Program-made: the position numbers and the translations under genes
From: an uncultured Candidatus Rokubacteria bacterium
GTDB lineage: Bacteria > Methylomirabilota > Methylomirabilia > Rokubacteriales > CSP1-6
Assembly: GCA_963762145.1 (NCBI GenBank)
Contig: CAVXJS010000010.1
Location: 128,001 to 192,000, forward strand
Reading direction: 5' to 3'
DNA length: 64,000 nt
The notes under the pieces: model-generated
What the model was told of the DNA's origin: nothing
Databases searched by the model: none
What the model saw: only the letters and a program-made list of their open reading frames with translations
Part shown: piece by piece, positions 53,105 to 63,428 of the stretch
How positions within the stretch are numbered: position 1 is the stretch's first letter
Layout of the letters: every line of letters starts with the position of its first letter

Positions 53105-55192
53105 ATGCCTCCTGACGCCCCGACGCAGACCAAGCTCGTCGGGGTCGATGTCGGCGGGACCTTCACCGATCTGGTCCTCGTCGACGAGGCCACCGGCCTG
53201 GTCCGGGTGGCCAAGGTCCCGACGACCGTGGCCAACCAGGCCGGCGGCGTGCAAGGCGCGCTGGCGGGCGCCGCGGCAAGCGCGGCCGAGGTGGCGGTGA
53301 TCGTCCACGGCACGACCACCGCGACCAACGCGCTGCTCGAGCGCAAGGGCGCCCGCACCGGACTCATCACCACGCGTGGCTTCCGCGACGTGCTCGAGCT
53401 GGGGCGGCGCACGCGCCCCACGCCCTACGGGCTCAAGGGCACGTTCGAGGCGCTGATCCCGCGCGATCTCCGCCTCGAGGTGGACGAGCGGATGGACGCC
53501 GAGGGCCTGGTGGTCACGCCGCTGGCCCCGGACCAGGTGCGCGAGGCGGTCCTGCGCCTCCGCGGGCAGGGTGTCGAGGCCCTGGTGATCCACTTCATGC
53601 ACTCGTATCTCAACGACACGCACGAGCGCCAGGCGCGCGAGATCGCGGCCACGCTGTGGCCCAACGCCTACATCACGGTCGGATCCGAGCTGCTGCCCGA
53701 GTACCGCGAGTTCGAGCGCGGCACGACCGCGGCCATCAACGGGTTCGTGCAGCCGATCATCGACCGCTACCTCCGCACGCTGGCCGGCGACCTGGCGCGC
53801 CAGGGTTATCGTCGCGAGCTGCTGATCATGCAGGGCAACGGCGGCACCATGTCGGTGGACCTGGCCGCGCGCCACGCGGTGAGCACGCTCATGTCGGGCC
53901 CCGCGGCGGGCGTGAAGGCGGCCGCCTATACCGCGCTGGCGGCCGGGCACCGCAACATCATCACCTGCGACATGGGCGGGACCAGCTTCGACGTCGGCGT
54001 CATCCGCGACGGCAGGCCCGCGCTCACCGCGGACAAGGAGATGGGCTACGGCCTGCCGGTCCGCGTACCGATGATCGACATTCACACCATCGGCGCCGGG
54101 GGCGGCTCCATCGCCCGCGTGAACTCGGCCGGCATCCTGCAGGTCGGGCCCGAGAGCGCCGGGGCCGATCCCGGGTCCATCTGCTACGGGCGCGGCGGCG
54201 AGGAGCCCACCATCACCGACGCCAACCTGCTGCTCGGGCGCCTCAACCCGGCCGGGCTGCTGGGCGTCGATCGGGCCGCGCAGCTCGACCGCATCCGCGA
54301 GATCTTCGACAAGAAGATCGGCGCGCATCTGGGGCTGGGGCCCGACGAGGTGGCCAGCGCGATCGTGCGGGTGGCCAACGACAAGATGGCCGGGGCGATC
54401 CGCCTGGTGTCGCTCCAGCGCGGCCACGACCCCCGCGACTTCGTGCTCTTCGCCTTCGGCGGCGCCGGCCCGCTCCACGCCGTCGCGCTCGCCCGCGAGC
54501 TGGCGATCCCGCGGGTGCTGGTGCCGGCCCGGCCCGGGATCACCTCGGCGCTCGGCTGCCTGGTGGCCGACGTGCGCCACGACTTCGTGAAGACGGTCAA
54601 CCAGGGCGTGCTGCGCCTGGACCTGGCCGAGGCGCATCGCATCCTGGCATCCCAGGTCGACGAGGGGCGTCGCATGCTGGCCTCCGAAGGGGTGGAGGTC
54701 GAGACCGTGAGCGTCCAGCACGAGGCGGACATGCAGTTCGTCGGGCAGACCCACGTGCTGACGGTGCCCATCGCGCGGGCCGCCTTCGAGCGCGAGGACC
54801 TGATGCGCGCCTTCGAGACCGCGTACTGGGAGCGCTTCGAGGTGGAGCTGCGCGAGATGCGCGCCCAGGTCGTGAGCCTGCGCACCGCGGTGATCGGCCG
54901 GCGCCGCCCGGTGTCGCTCGAGGGGCTCATCACCCTCGAGCGGGCGGCCGCGGGCGGGACGGTGCCGACCGCGCGCCGGCGCGCCTGGTTCGACGGCGAG
55001 TGGCGCGACACGCCGGTGTACCGCCGGGAGCAGCTCGGCGTCGGCGCGGAGCTCGTGGGGCCCGCCATCGTCGAGCAGCTCGATTCCACCACCGTGATCG
55101 AGCCGGGGGACCGGGTGCGCGTGGATCCGCTCGGCAACCTCGAGATCACCGTCCGCGGCCTCGATGCCGTGACGCCACCGGAGACCCGTTAA
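53105..55192 (+). CDS. Hydantoinase A/oxoprolinase family protein
   Basis: GVDVGGTFTD, HGTTTATNALLE, SGPAAG, DMGGTS, AFGGAGP. Confidence 0.93.
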   Translation: MPPDAPTQTKLVGVDVGGTFTDLVLVDEATGLVRVAKVPTTVANQAGGVQGALAGAAASAAEVAVIVHGTTTATNALLERKGARTGLITTRGFRDVLELGRRTRPTPYGLKGTFEALIPRDLRLEVDERMDAEGLVVTPLAPDQVREAVLRLRGQGVEALVIHFMHSYLNDTHERQAREIAATLWPNAYITVGSELLPEYREFERGTTAAINGFVQPIIDRYLRTLAGDLARQGYRRELLIMQGNGGTMSVDLAARHAVSTLMSGPAAGVKAAAYTALAAGHRNIITCDMGGTSFDVGVIRDGRPALTADKEMGYGLPVRVPMIDIHTIGAGGGSIARVNSAGILQVGPESAGADPGSICYGRGGEEPTITDANLLLGRLNPAGLLGVDRAAQLDRIREIFDKKIGAHLGLGPDEVASAIVRVANDKMAGAIRLVSLQRGHDPRDFVLFAFGGAGPLHAVALARELAIPRVLVPARPGITSALGCLVADVRHDFVKTVNQGVLRLDLAEAHRILASQVDEGRRMLASEGVEVETVSVQHEADMQFVGQTHVLTVPIARAAFEREDLMRAFETAYWERFEVELREMRAQVVSLRTAVIGRRRPVSLEGLITLERAAAGGTVPTARRRAWFDGEWRDTPVYRREQLGVGAELVGPAIVEQLDSTTVIEPGDRVRVDPLGNLEITVRGLDAVTPPETR

Positions 55193-55194
55193 CC

Positions 55195-55728
55195 ATGGCC
55201 CAGACCCCCGTGATCAAGAACGATGAAGCGCAGCTCAGCCCGCAGCTCGTGCTCGACGAGATGAAGAAGAACGGGGTGACCCACGTGGTGTGGCTCCCCG
55301 ACAGCGAGACCAACTTCCTCTACCAGCTCATGCAGGCCGATCCGTCGCTGCAGCTGGTGCCGGTCAGCCGGGAGGGGTTGGCGTTCTCGATCGCCTCCGG
55401 CCTCTCGACGGCGGGGCAGACGCCGATCATCCTGATCCAGAACACGGGCCTCATGGAGTCGGGCGACTCACTCCGGGGCTGGGCGATCGGGATGCAGATC
55501 CCGGTGGTGATGATGGTGGGCTACCGTGGGTGGACCCGCCACGGGGTGAACACGGACACCGCGGCCACCTACACCGAGCGCTTCCTCAACGCCTTCGGCA
55601 TCACGTACTACCTCGTCGAGACCTCGGCCGACGCCCCGCGTATCTCCATCGCGTTCGAGGAGGCACGCCGCACCCAGCGGCCGGTGGCGGTGCTGATGGC
55701 CGACGAGTATCACGGGTTCAACCGCTAG
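55195..55728 (+). CDS. TPP-dependent decarboxylase alpha subunit (ComD-like)
   Basis: GVTHVVWLPDS, VSREG, IQNTGL, MVGYRG. Confidence 0.82.
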   Translation: MAQTPVIKNDEAQLSPQLVLDEMKKNGVTHVVWLPDSETNFLYQLMQADPSLQLVPVSREGLAFSIASGLSTAGQTPIILIQNTGLMESGDSLRGWAIGMQIPVVMMVGYRGWTRHGVNTDTAATYTERFLNAFGITYYLVETSADAPRISIAFEEARRTQRPVAVLMADEYHGFNR

Positions 55729-55738
55729 GAGGGCGCCC

Positions 55739-56326
55739 TTGTTCCAGACCGCCGACATGCTCCGGATCTTCAACGCCCACCGCGGCGACGCCATCGTGGT
55801 GCCGGGCCGCGGCGCCCGGCACTGGCAGCAGATCAGCACGCGGCCGACCCGCGACGTGCCGGTCGGCGACCCCGCGATGGGCGGGCACGCCGGCTTCGCG
55901 CTCGGCCTGGCCCTTGCTCGCCCGGCCGACCGCGTCGTGCTCTTCGACTCCGAGGGCGACTTGCTGATGAGCCTCGGCATCCTGCCCACCGTCGCCGAGC
56001 TGGCGCCCGCCAACTTCTACCACTTCATGCTCGACAACGAGTGCTACGCCACCACTGGCGGGCAGCCGGTGCCCAACGCGAAGAACGTGGCGTACGACGT
56101 GATTGCGCGCGGGGCGGGCTATCCGCGGGCGTTCGCCTTCGACAAGCTCGAGGACTTCGAGGGGAGCATCGCGTCCATCCTGGCCCAGCCGGGCCCGGTG
56201 TTCGTGGCGCTCAAGGTGGTGCCGGAGGTCGAGAACGTCCCGATCGGCCAGCGGGTGCGCTGGCAGACGCGCACGCGCGACCGCGTGCTGGCCGACCTGC
56301 GCGCCGAGCTGGGCGTTGCGCGGTAA
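55739..56326 (+). CDS. TPP-dependent decarboxylase beta subunit (ComE-like)
   Basis: AMGG..ALGLALARP, DSEGDLLMSLG, LDNECYATTGGQ; AGGAGG RBS, TTG start. Confidence 0.82.
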   Translation: MFQTADMLRIFNAHRGDAIVVPGRGARHWQQISTRPTRDVPVGDPAMGGHAGFALGLALARPADRVVLFDSEGDLLMSLGILPTVAELAPANFYHFMLDNECYATTGGQPVPNAKNVAYDVIARGAGYPRAFAFDKLEDFEGSIASILAQPGPVFVALKVVPEVENVPIGQRVRWQTRTRDRVLADLRAELGVAR

Positions 56327-56333
56327 TTCCCCC

Positions 56334-58100
56334 ATGGATGCGACGGACGCGATCGATCCGGTCACGCTGGTCGTCGTGCAGAACGGCCTGCAGCAGGTGG
56401 CGAGCGAGATGGACCTCACCTTCGAGCGGGCCGCCTTCTCGCCGGTCATCTCCGAGGGGTTCGACCGCTCGGACGGCATCTACTCGCGCGAGAACGGCGA
56501 GGTCATCGCCCAGGGCGAGCTGGGGCTGCCCATCTTCGTGGGCGTCATGCAGTTCACGACCCGCGCGGTGATCGACCACGTGAAGGCGGCGGCGGAGCCG
56601 CTCAAGCCCGGCGACATCTTCATCGTCAACGATCCCTACTGCGGCGGCACCCATCTGATGGACGTCAAGATGGTGAAGCCCTACTTCTACCGCGGGGAGC
56701 TCTGGGCCTATCTCTCGAACACCGGCCACTGGCCCGACACCGGCGGCTCGGTGCCCGGCGGGTTCTCCACGCGGGCCACCGAGGTCCAGCAGGAGGGCCT
56801 GCGGCTGCCCCCGGTGAAGCTCTTCCGCGAAGGCGTGATGCAGCCCGACATCCTGAGCATCATCCTGGCCAACATCCGGGTCCCGGAAGAGCGCATCGGC
56901 GACATCAAGGCCCAGGTGGCCGCGCTCACCGTGGGCGAGAAGCGCCTCACCGCGCTGCTCGACCGCTACGGCGAGGCCACCGTGACCGCGTGCATCGCCG
57001 AGCTGCGCCGCCGCTCGGACCTGATGATGCGGGCGCACATCGCCAAGATCCCGGACGGCGCCTACGCGGGCGAGGCCTTCGTGGACTCGGACGGCGTGGA
57101 CCCCGACCCGCTGAGGATCAGCCTCCGGTTACGGAAAGACGGCACGGATCTGCACTTCGACTTCTCGGAGTCGAGCGGGCCGTGCCGCGGGCCGCTGAAC
57201 AGCGTGATCGCCACCACCAAGGCCGCGGTGTACCTGGCCATCAAGCACGTCTTCCCGGACGTGCCGATCAACGCGGGCTGCTTCGAGCCCCTGCACATCG
57301 CCGATCCGCACGGGACCTTCCTCTACGCCCGCTACCCGCGGCCGGTCTCGGGCTGCGCCGCCGAGGTGAGCTCGCGCATCGCGGAGTCGGTGTTCACCAC
57401 GCTGGCCCAGGCCATCCCCGACGACCTCTTCGCCGCCCCCGCCGGCACGAGCGGCAACCTGACGCTGGGGGGTCACGACCCGCTGAAGGAGCGGCACTAC
57501 ATCATGTACGTCTTCAGCGGCGGCGGGTACGGAGGCAGCGCCGACGGCGACGGGCTCACCAACGGCTGCTCGACCATCGGCATCTCCAAGACGCAGCCCA
57601 CCGAGGTGCTCGAGCAGCACTACCCGATCCTGTTCGAGCGCTACGCGCTCCGCGAGGGCTCGGGCGGGGCGGGGAAGACGCGCGGCGGCTTCGGCGTCGA
57701 CTACAAGATCCGGATCCGCCGCGGCGAGGCCCTGCTGTCGTTTCTCATGGACCACGGCCGCTTCGGGCCGCCCGGCCTCTTCGGGGGCCGCGACGGCGCG
57801 CCCAACCAGGTAGTCGTGACCCGCCAGGGGGGTGACTACGTCTCCCCGCATCTGTCGAAGGACGAGGACATCCGCGTGGTGGCCGGCGACGCCATCTCGG
57901 TGGGCACGCCGGGCGGCGGGGGCTACGGCGATCCCTGGCAGCGGGATCCCGCGCTGGTCGCGCGCGACGTGGCGCGCGGCTACTTCACGGCCGCCGATGC
58001 CGCGCGTGACTACGGCGTGGTCGTGACCGCCGCCGATCCGCCCGTCCTCGACGCCCGCGCCACCGAGGAGCTCCGTCGAGGAGGTCGTCCGAAGACGTAA
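56334..58100 (+). CDS. Hydantoinase B/oxoprolinase family protein
   Basis: IDPVTLVVV, NDPYCGGTHLMD, QEGLRLPP, TPGGGGYGDP. Confidence 0.93.
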   Translation: MDATDAIDPVTLVVVQNGLQQVASEMDLTFERAAFSPVISEGFDRSDGIYSRENGEVIAQGELGLPIFVGVMQFTTRAVIDHVKAAAEPLKPGDIFIVNDPYCGGTHLMDVKMVKPYFYRGELWAYLSNTGHWPDTGGSVPGGFSTRATEVQQEGLRLPPVKLFREGVMQPDILSIILANIRVPEERIGDIKAQVAALTVGEKRLTALLDRYGEATVTACIAELRRRSDLMMRAHIAKIPDGAYAGEAFVDSDGVDPDPLRISLRLRKDGTDLHFDFSESSGPCRGPLNSVIATTKAAVYLAIKHVFPDVPINAGCFEPLHIADPHGTFLYARYPRPVSGCAAEVSSRIAESVFTTLAQAIPDDLFAAPAGTSGNLTLGGHDPLKERHYIMYVFSGGGYGGSADGDGLTNGCSTIGISKTQPTEVLEQHYPILFERYALREGSGGAGKTRGGFGVDYKIRIRRGEALLSFLMDHGRFGPPGLFGGRDGAPNQVVVTRQGGDYVSPHLSKDEDIRVVAGDAISVGTPGGGGYGDPWQRDPALVARDVARGYFTAADAARDYGVVVTAADPPVLDARATEELRRGGRPKT

Positions 58101-58152
58101 GGTGGACGCCTAGCCTGCTCTATTCAAGAACGCGTGTTCCGCGTCCGATGCG

Positions 58153-58192
58153 CCCCCTCACCCTGTCCCTCTCCCCCTCCGGGGGCGAGGGG
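58153..58192. repeat. REP-like palindrome between convergent genes
   Basis: CCCCCTCACCCTGTCCCTCTCCCCCTCCGGGGGCGAGGGG. Confidence 0.75.
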
Positions 58193-58202
58193 ATCGAAGA
58201 GG

Positions 58203-58979
58203 CTAGTGCATGACGAGGCCGCCATCGACGCTGATGGCCTGGCCCGTCATGTAGGCGGCCTTGCTCCCGGCGAGGAAGCCGATCACGTTCGCCACGTCCT
58301 CCGCCCGCTCCATCCGGCCCAGGGGCACGGTGGCCAGGCGCCGGCGCGTGAACTCCTCGGCCGGAACGCCGGACAGCGCGCCCAGCTCGGCGGAGACGGT
58401 CGTCCACATGTCGGTCTCGACGAAGCCCGGGCAGACGCAGTTCACCCGGATGCCGTCGGCGGCGTGGGCCAGGGCGAGGCTCTTGGTGATGCTGATCACG
58501 GCCGCCTTGCTCGCGTTGTAGGGGAGGTTGCTGGCGCTGCCGACCTTGCCCGCCATCGAGGCCAGATTGATGATGGCGCCGCGCTTCTGCGCGATCATGG
58601 TCGGCAGCGCGGCCTGGCTGGCGAAGAAGACCGCCCTGGCGTTGATGGTCAGCACCGCGTCCCAGTGATCCTCCGTGATCTGGAGCGTCGAGGCGGCGCG
58701 GTAGATCCCGGCGTTGTTCACGAGGATGTCGACGCGACCGAATGCCGCGCGGGTCCGCTCGACCATGGCGGTGAGGTCGGCTCGGCGGGTGACGTCGGTC
58801 GGCAGGGCGAGCGCGCGGCGGCCGAGCGCGGTCACCTCGCCGGCGGTGCGCTCGGCGCCCGGCTTGTCGAGCTCGGCGACGACGACGTCGGCGCCCAGCC
58901 GGGCCAGCTCGAGGGCGGTGGCGCGGCCGATGCCTCGGCCGGCGCCGGTGACGATCGCGATCTGGCCTTGCAGGTCCAT
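58203..58979 (-). CDS. Short-chain dehydrogenase/reductase
   Basis: TGAGRGIG, NNAG, YNASK, VNCVCPG, VDGG. Confidence 0.93.
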   Translation of the reverse strand: MDLQGQIAIVTGAGRGIGRATALELARLGADVVVAELDKPGAERTAGEVTALGRRALALPTDVTRRADLTAMVERTRAAFGRVDILVNNAGIYRAASTLQITEDHWDAVLTINARAVFFASQAALPTMIAQKRGAIINLASMAGKVGSASNLPYNASKAAVISITKSLALAHAADGIRVNCVCPGFVETDMWTTVSAELGALSGVPAEEFTRRRLATVPLGRMERAEDVANVIGFLAGSKAAYMTGQAISVDGGLVMH

Positions 58980-58988
58980 GGGTGACCA

Positions 58989-59023
58989 CCCCTCACCCTG
59001 CCCTCTCCCCTGAGGGGAGAGGG
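58989..59023. repeat. REP-like palindrome
   Basis: CCCCTCACCCTGCCCTCTCCCCTGAGGGGAGAGGG. Confidence 0.85.
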
Positions 59024-59035
59024 TGGGTTGGTGTT

Positions 59036-60061
59036 TTAGGTTTCGGCTTCGATTAGCTCGCGGGGGTCCTGGGACGGCTTGTAGCCCATGTGGGTCGGGA
59101 ACTCGTCGCTCAGCGGCCACGGCTTCGGGAACTTGAGCCAGAGGCGCAGCATGTGGCGCTTCTGGTCGGGCGCCGGGCCGTCGATGAAGCCGGTGCGCGA
59201 GTGGAGGATCGTGTAGTTGTTGATGAACTGGATGTCGCCCGGCTCCAGGTCCATGTCCAGGCGCAGGTCCGCCCGCCGGGTCTGCTCGTCGAGGAAGTCG
59301 AGCGCCGCGCGCTCGAAGGTGGTGAGCGGCACCTCGCGCTTCACGGCCCCCGCGTTGATCTGGTTGCGGATGTAGCGGCAGCTCACGACGCCGTCCTGGT
59401 GGCCGAACACCGGGATCGGGCGCTCGGAGACGCCGCGTTCGGTCAGGGCCGCCTCCCGGCGGATGTAGTAGTAGCCGTTGTAGAGGAGGCCGAGGTACTC
59501 GGGATGCTGGGCCAGGATCTCGTTGTGCACGGTCGTCGAGCTCACGATGCTGCTGAGGCCGCCTTCGAGGCCCCGGCGCAGGCAGAGCAGCCCCACCATG
59601 TCGCCCGCGTCGGTGTGGTACGGCAGGTAGGCGTTGGTCTCGTAGCCGCGCACGTCGATGTTGCCGTAGGTCCGCCCGTGGTCGTAGACGTGGCCGAGCA
59701 GCTCGCCCTGGGGGTTCTGGTAGAGCGGCCCTCCCATGTAGCGGCCGAAGCCCCAGAAGATCAGGCCGACGTCGTCGTCGCTGTACCGGCGGACGGGCAG
59801 GCCGCGGAGCACGACGAACCCGCGGCCGTCATACATCTCGGTCACCGCCTCCGCGAGCCGGCTCCGCATCACGGTGAGCGGGAAGTGCTCGCGCTGGATC
59901 CCCTCGAGCGTCACGCCCGAGGCCTTCGCGGTGGTCAGCGCGCGGTCGATGTCCGCGATCTCGGCCTCGGTGAGCGTGACGATCCAGGAGGCCTCGCGCG
60001 CGAGCGTCTCGCCGCGCCAGGCCTTGGGGTTGGTGATCGGGGTCATGCGGATGTCGCTCAC
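59036..60061 (-). CDS. TauD/TfdA-family dioxygenase
   Basis: GRGFVVLRGLP, PYHTD, PGDIQFINNYTILHSR, RHMLRLWL. Confidence 0.9.
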   Translation of the reverse strand: MSDIRMTPITNPKAWRGETLAREASWIVTLTEAEIADIDRALTTAKASGVTLEGIQREHFPLTVMRSRLAEAVTEMYDGRGFVVLRGLPVRRYSDDDVGLIFWGFGRYMGGPLYQNPQGELLGHVYDHGRTYGNIDVRGYETNAYLPYHTDAGDMVGLLCLRRGLEGGLSSIVSSTTVHNEILAQHPEYLGLLYNGYYYIRREAALTERGVSERPIPVFGHQDGVVSCRYIRNQINAGAVKREVPLTTFERAALDFLDEQTRRADLRLDMDLEPGDIQFINNYTILHSRTGFIDGPAPDQKRHMLRLWLKFPKPWPLSDEFPTHMGYKPSQDPRELIEAET

Positions 60062-60083
60062 GAAGGTCTCCTTCTGGCGATGG

Positions 60084-60965
60084 CTACGACTGGTGTCGCG
60101 GATCGAGCGCGTCGCGCAGGCCGTCGCCCAGCACGTTCAGAGCCATGACGATCCCGAAGATCATCAGGCCCGGATAGAGCGCCATCCAGGGCGCCTGCGA
60201 GAGATAGCGCTGGGCCGCGTTGAGCATGCTGCCCCACGACGGCGCGGGCGGCTGCTGGCCCAGCCCCAGGAACGAGAGGCTCGCCTCGGCGATGATGGCC
60301 GCGGCCACCGTGAGGCTCACCTGGATGAAGAGCGGCGGCAGCGTGTTGGGCAGGATGTGGCGGAGCGCGACGCGGCGCCGCGAGCAGCCCAGGGCCTGCG
60401 CCGCCTCCACGTATTCCTCCGTCTTGATCGCGAGCACGGTGCCGCGCACGAGCCGGACGAAGGTCGGCAGGGCCGCGATCCCGATCGCGATCATGGCGTT
60501 GCGGAGGCCCGGACCGAGAAAGGCGGCCAGCGCGATGGCCACGATGAGGAACGGGATCGAGAGCATGGCGTCGTTGATGCGCATTATAAGCCCATCCACC
60601 CAGCCCCCGAGGTAGCCGGAGAGGAGGCCGAGCGGCACGCTGAGCGCCACCGCGATGGTGACCGGGATGATGCCGGCGAGCAGCGAGGCGCGCGCGCCCC
60701 AGAGCAGGCGCGACAGCACGTCACGGCCGACCTCGTCGGTGCCGAGCGGGTGGACCGCGGACGGGGCCTTGCGTATCGCGCGGTAGTCGATCGCGGTCGG
60801 GTCGAACGGCGCCAGCTGCGGCGCCGCGAGCGCCACCACGACGAACCCGAGGACGACAGCGAGCGCGGCGATTGCCGCCGGCCGGCGCGCCAATTGCCGC
60901 ACGGCCTTGTAGCGCCGGCGGGGGGCCATCGTGGGCGCGACGAGCACGGCCGAGGCGTCACTCAC
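60084..60965 (-). CDS. Peptide ABC permease (DppC-like)
   Basis: HPLGTDEVGRD, HILPN, EASLSFLGLG, PSWG. Confidence 0.92.
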   Translation of the reverse strand: MSDASAVLVAPTMAPRRRYKAVRQLARRPAAIAALAVVLGFVVVALAAPQLAPFDPTAIDYRAIRKAPSAVHPLGTDEVGRDVLSRLLWGARASLLAGIIPVTIAVALSVPLGLLSGYLGGWVDGLIMRINDAMLSIPFLIVAIALAAFLGPGLRNAMIAIGIAALPTFVRLVRGTVLAIKTEEYVEAAQALGCSRRRVALRHILPNTLPPLFIQVSLTVAAAIIAEASLSFLGLGQQPPAPSWGSMLNAAQRYLSQAPWMALYPGLMIFGIVMALNVLGDGLRDALDPRHQS

Positions 60966-61915
60966 GCGGAGCCCCGGAGGCGCGGGTTGGCGAGGAAGTA
61001 GAGCACGTCGGCGCCCAGGTTCAGGAGCACGTACAGGCCCGCCGAGACCAGGACCACCGCCTGCACGACCGCGTAGTCGCGGTTGAACACGCCGTCGACC
61101 AGCAGCTTGCCGAAGCCGGGAATGGCGAAGACCTGCTCGGTGAGCACCGCGCCCGACAGGAGTCGCCCGAACTCGATCGCACCCAGGGTGATGATCGGGA
61201 TCAGCGCGTTGCGGAGCGCGTGCTTCAGCACCACCAGCCGCTCGGGCACGCTCTTGGACCGCGCGGTGCGCACGTAGTCGGCGCCGAGGGTCTGGAGCAT
61301 GGCGCTGCGGGTGTGGCGCATCATGACGCCGGCCACCCCGGTGCCGAGCACGAACGAGGGGAGCAGGATGGTGGTCAGGTTCCGGCGGAGATCCTCCCAC
61401 GGCGGCACGTAGCCCGAGGCGGGCAGCCAGCCCAGGTGCACCGCGAAGAGCAGGATCAGCATGATGCCGAGCCAGAAGTGCGGCACCGAGAGCCCCGACA
61501 GCGCGAGGAGATTGGCCGCGACATCCACCATGGTGCCTTTCCGGACCGCCGAAATGATGCCGGCCGGGATGCCGATCAGGAGCGCGATGGCCATCGAGCA
61601 GAGCGCCAGCTCGATGGTGACCGGCAGCTTCGAGGCGAGCAGCTCGCGCACCGGGATACGGCTGCGCAGCGACTCGCCGAAGTCGCCGCGCAGCACCCGC
61701 CCGAGCCAGATGCCGTACTGCACCGGGATCGGCCGGTCGAGGTGGTACCGGGCGCGGATGGCCGCGACCGCCACCGGGTCGTGCTCCTCGCCCGCCAGCG
61801 CCACCGCCGCGTCGCCCGGCAGGAGCTGCTGGAGCGAGAAGATCAGGATCGAGACGAAGAAGAGCGTCGGCACCAGGACCGCGAGGCGCCGCGCGATGTA
61901 GAGCCAGAGCGCCAA
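60962..61915 (-). CDS. Peptide ABC permease (DppB-like)
   Basis: LPGDAA, DYVRTARSK, KHALRNA, EQVFAIPGFG. Confidence 0.92.
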   Translation of the reverse strand: MALWLYIARRLAVLVPTLFFVSILIFSLQQLLPGDAAVALAGEEHDPVAVAAIRARYHLDRPIPVQYGIWLGRVLRGDFGESLRSRIPVRELLASKLPVTIELALCSMAIALLIGIPAGIISAVRKGTMVDVAANLLALSGLSVPHFWLGIMLILLFAVHLGWLPASGYVPPWEDLRRNLTTILLPSFVLGTGVAGVMMRHTRSAMLQTLGADYVRTARSKSVPERLVVLKHALRNALIPIITLGAIEFGRLLSGAVLTEQVFAIPGFGKLLVDGVFNRDYAVVQAVVLVSAGLYVLLNLGADVLYFLANPRLRGSA

Positions 61916-61928
61916 TGCGGTCGGCGCC

Positions 61929-63428
61929 TCAGTTCAGCTTGAGGCCACGGAAGCGGATGATCCCGTCGGGGTACGGCGTGAAGCCCTGGACCCGGGCGCT
62001 GAAACCGGTGAACACGCGGCGGTGCCACAGGATGAGCCGCGGCACGTCCTTGGCGATCAGCTCGGTGGCCTGGTCGTAGAGCTTCTTGCGCTCGGCCGGA
62101 TCCGCGACCTGGCGGGCCTTCGTGAGCAGCGCGTCCACGTCGGCGTTGCAGTAGTGCTGGTCGTTCTGCGCGCCCTTGCACGTCATGAACGAGTAGACGT
62201 TGCCGTCGGGGTCGGGCCGGCCGCTCCAGAAGGTGAAGTAGGCCTCGAAGTCGCCCTTGCGCCCCGACTGCAGCATCGTGACGTTCTCCTGGGTCTGGAG
62301 ATTCGCCGTGATGCCCGCCTCCGCCCACATGGCCTGTAGAATGAGCGCCGCCTCCTGCCGGTCGCGCTCCGGGGGCACCACCAGGGTGAAGGTGAGGTTC
62401 GGCTGGCCGGCGTCCTTCAGGAGCTGCCTGGCCTTCGCCACGTCGCGCTTGCCCACCGGGACCTTCTGGTCGTAGTACGGATTCGCCGGGCTGATGAACT
62501 GGTTGCCCGCGATGTACTCGCCGTTGAACACCGTCTTGACCAGGGTTTCACGATCGATCGCCAGGTCGAGGGCCTGGCGTAGCCGCACGTCGGCGAGCGC
62601 CTTGCTCTTCGGGCCGTTGGCGACGTTCAGCGGGATCATCTGGTAGCCGAGCTCGGGCACCCCGACGACCTTCAGCTTGGCGTCGCCGCGGATCTCGGCC
62701 AGGTCGGTGGGCGACACGCGCTCGATCATGTGCAGATCGCCCGAGCGCAGGCTGGCCAGGCGCGAGGTCGAGTCGGTGATGGGCACGAACTCGATGCGGT
62801 CGACGGTGAAGGCGCCCTTGTCCCAGTAGTCGGCCACGCGCTCCACCACGATCTTGCCCTGGGCCACGCGGTGGACGAACTTGTAGGGGCCGGCGCACAC
62901 CGGCTGGGTGCCCAGCTTGTCGCCGAGCGCCTTCGCCGCCTTGGGCGAGACCATCATGCCCGCGCGGTCGGTCAGGGTGGCCAGCAGGGGCACGAGCGGC
63001 TGCGAGAGGTTGAATCGCACCGTGAGGTCGTTCACCACGTCCACGCTGACGATCTCGCCGATCTCCGTCTTGCGGAACGAGCCCGGGGTGTTCTGGTGCC
63101 GCTCGATGTTGAACTTCACCGCCTCCGCGTTGAACGGCTCGCCGTCCTGGAAGCGGACGCCGGGCCGCAGCTTGATCACGATCGACTTGCGGTCCGCCGC
63201 CCACTCGTGGCCGGTGGCCAGCTGGGGCACGATCTTGAGATCGGGCGTGACGTCGAAGAGCTTGTCGCAGAGCGCGGCGAAGACCAGGCGGCCGGTGTAG
63301 GCGCGGCTGATGGTCGGGTCGAGCGCGTCCGGGTCGTCGTTGAGCCCGATGCGGAGCACGCTCTGGGCTTGGGCTGCGCACGGCAGGAGCAGCAGGATCG
63401 CGGTCAGGGCGGTCAGGATGGGTCGCAA
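61929..63428 (-). CDS. Family 5 ABC substrate-binding protein
   Basis: TTG start after AGGAGG; signal peptide; DPDALDP, LRPGVRFQDGEPFNAEAV, CAGPY. Confidence 0.92.
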   Translation of the reverse strand: MRPILTALTAILLLLPCAAQAQSVLRIGLNDDPDALDPTISRAYTGRLVFAALCDKLFDVTPDLKIVPQLATGHEWAADRKSIVIKLRPGVRFQDGEPFNAEAVKFNIERHQNTPGSFRKTEIGEIVSVDVVNDLTVRFNLSQPLVPLLATLTDRAGMMVSPKAAKALGDKLGTQPVCAGPYKFVHRVAQGKIVVERVADYWDKGAFTVDRIEFVPITDSTSRLASLRSGDLHMIERVSPTDLAEIRGDAKLKVVGVPELGYQMIPLNVANGPKSKALADVRLRQALDLAIDRETLVKTVFNGEYIAGNQFISPANPYYDQKVPVGKRDVAKARQLLKDAGQPNLTFTLVVPPERDRQEAALILQAMWAEAGITANLQTQENVTMLQSGRKGDFEAYFTFWSGRPDPDGNVYSFMTCKGAQNDQHYCNADVDALLTKARQVADPAERKKLYDQATELIAKDVPRLILWHRRVFTGFSARVQGFTPYPDGIIRFRGLKLN

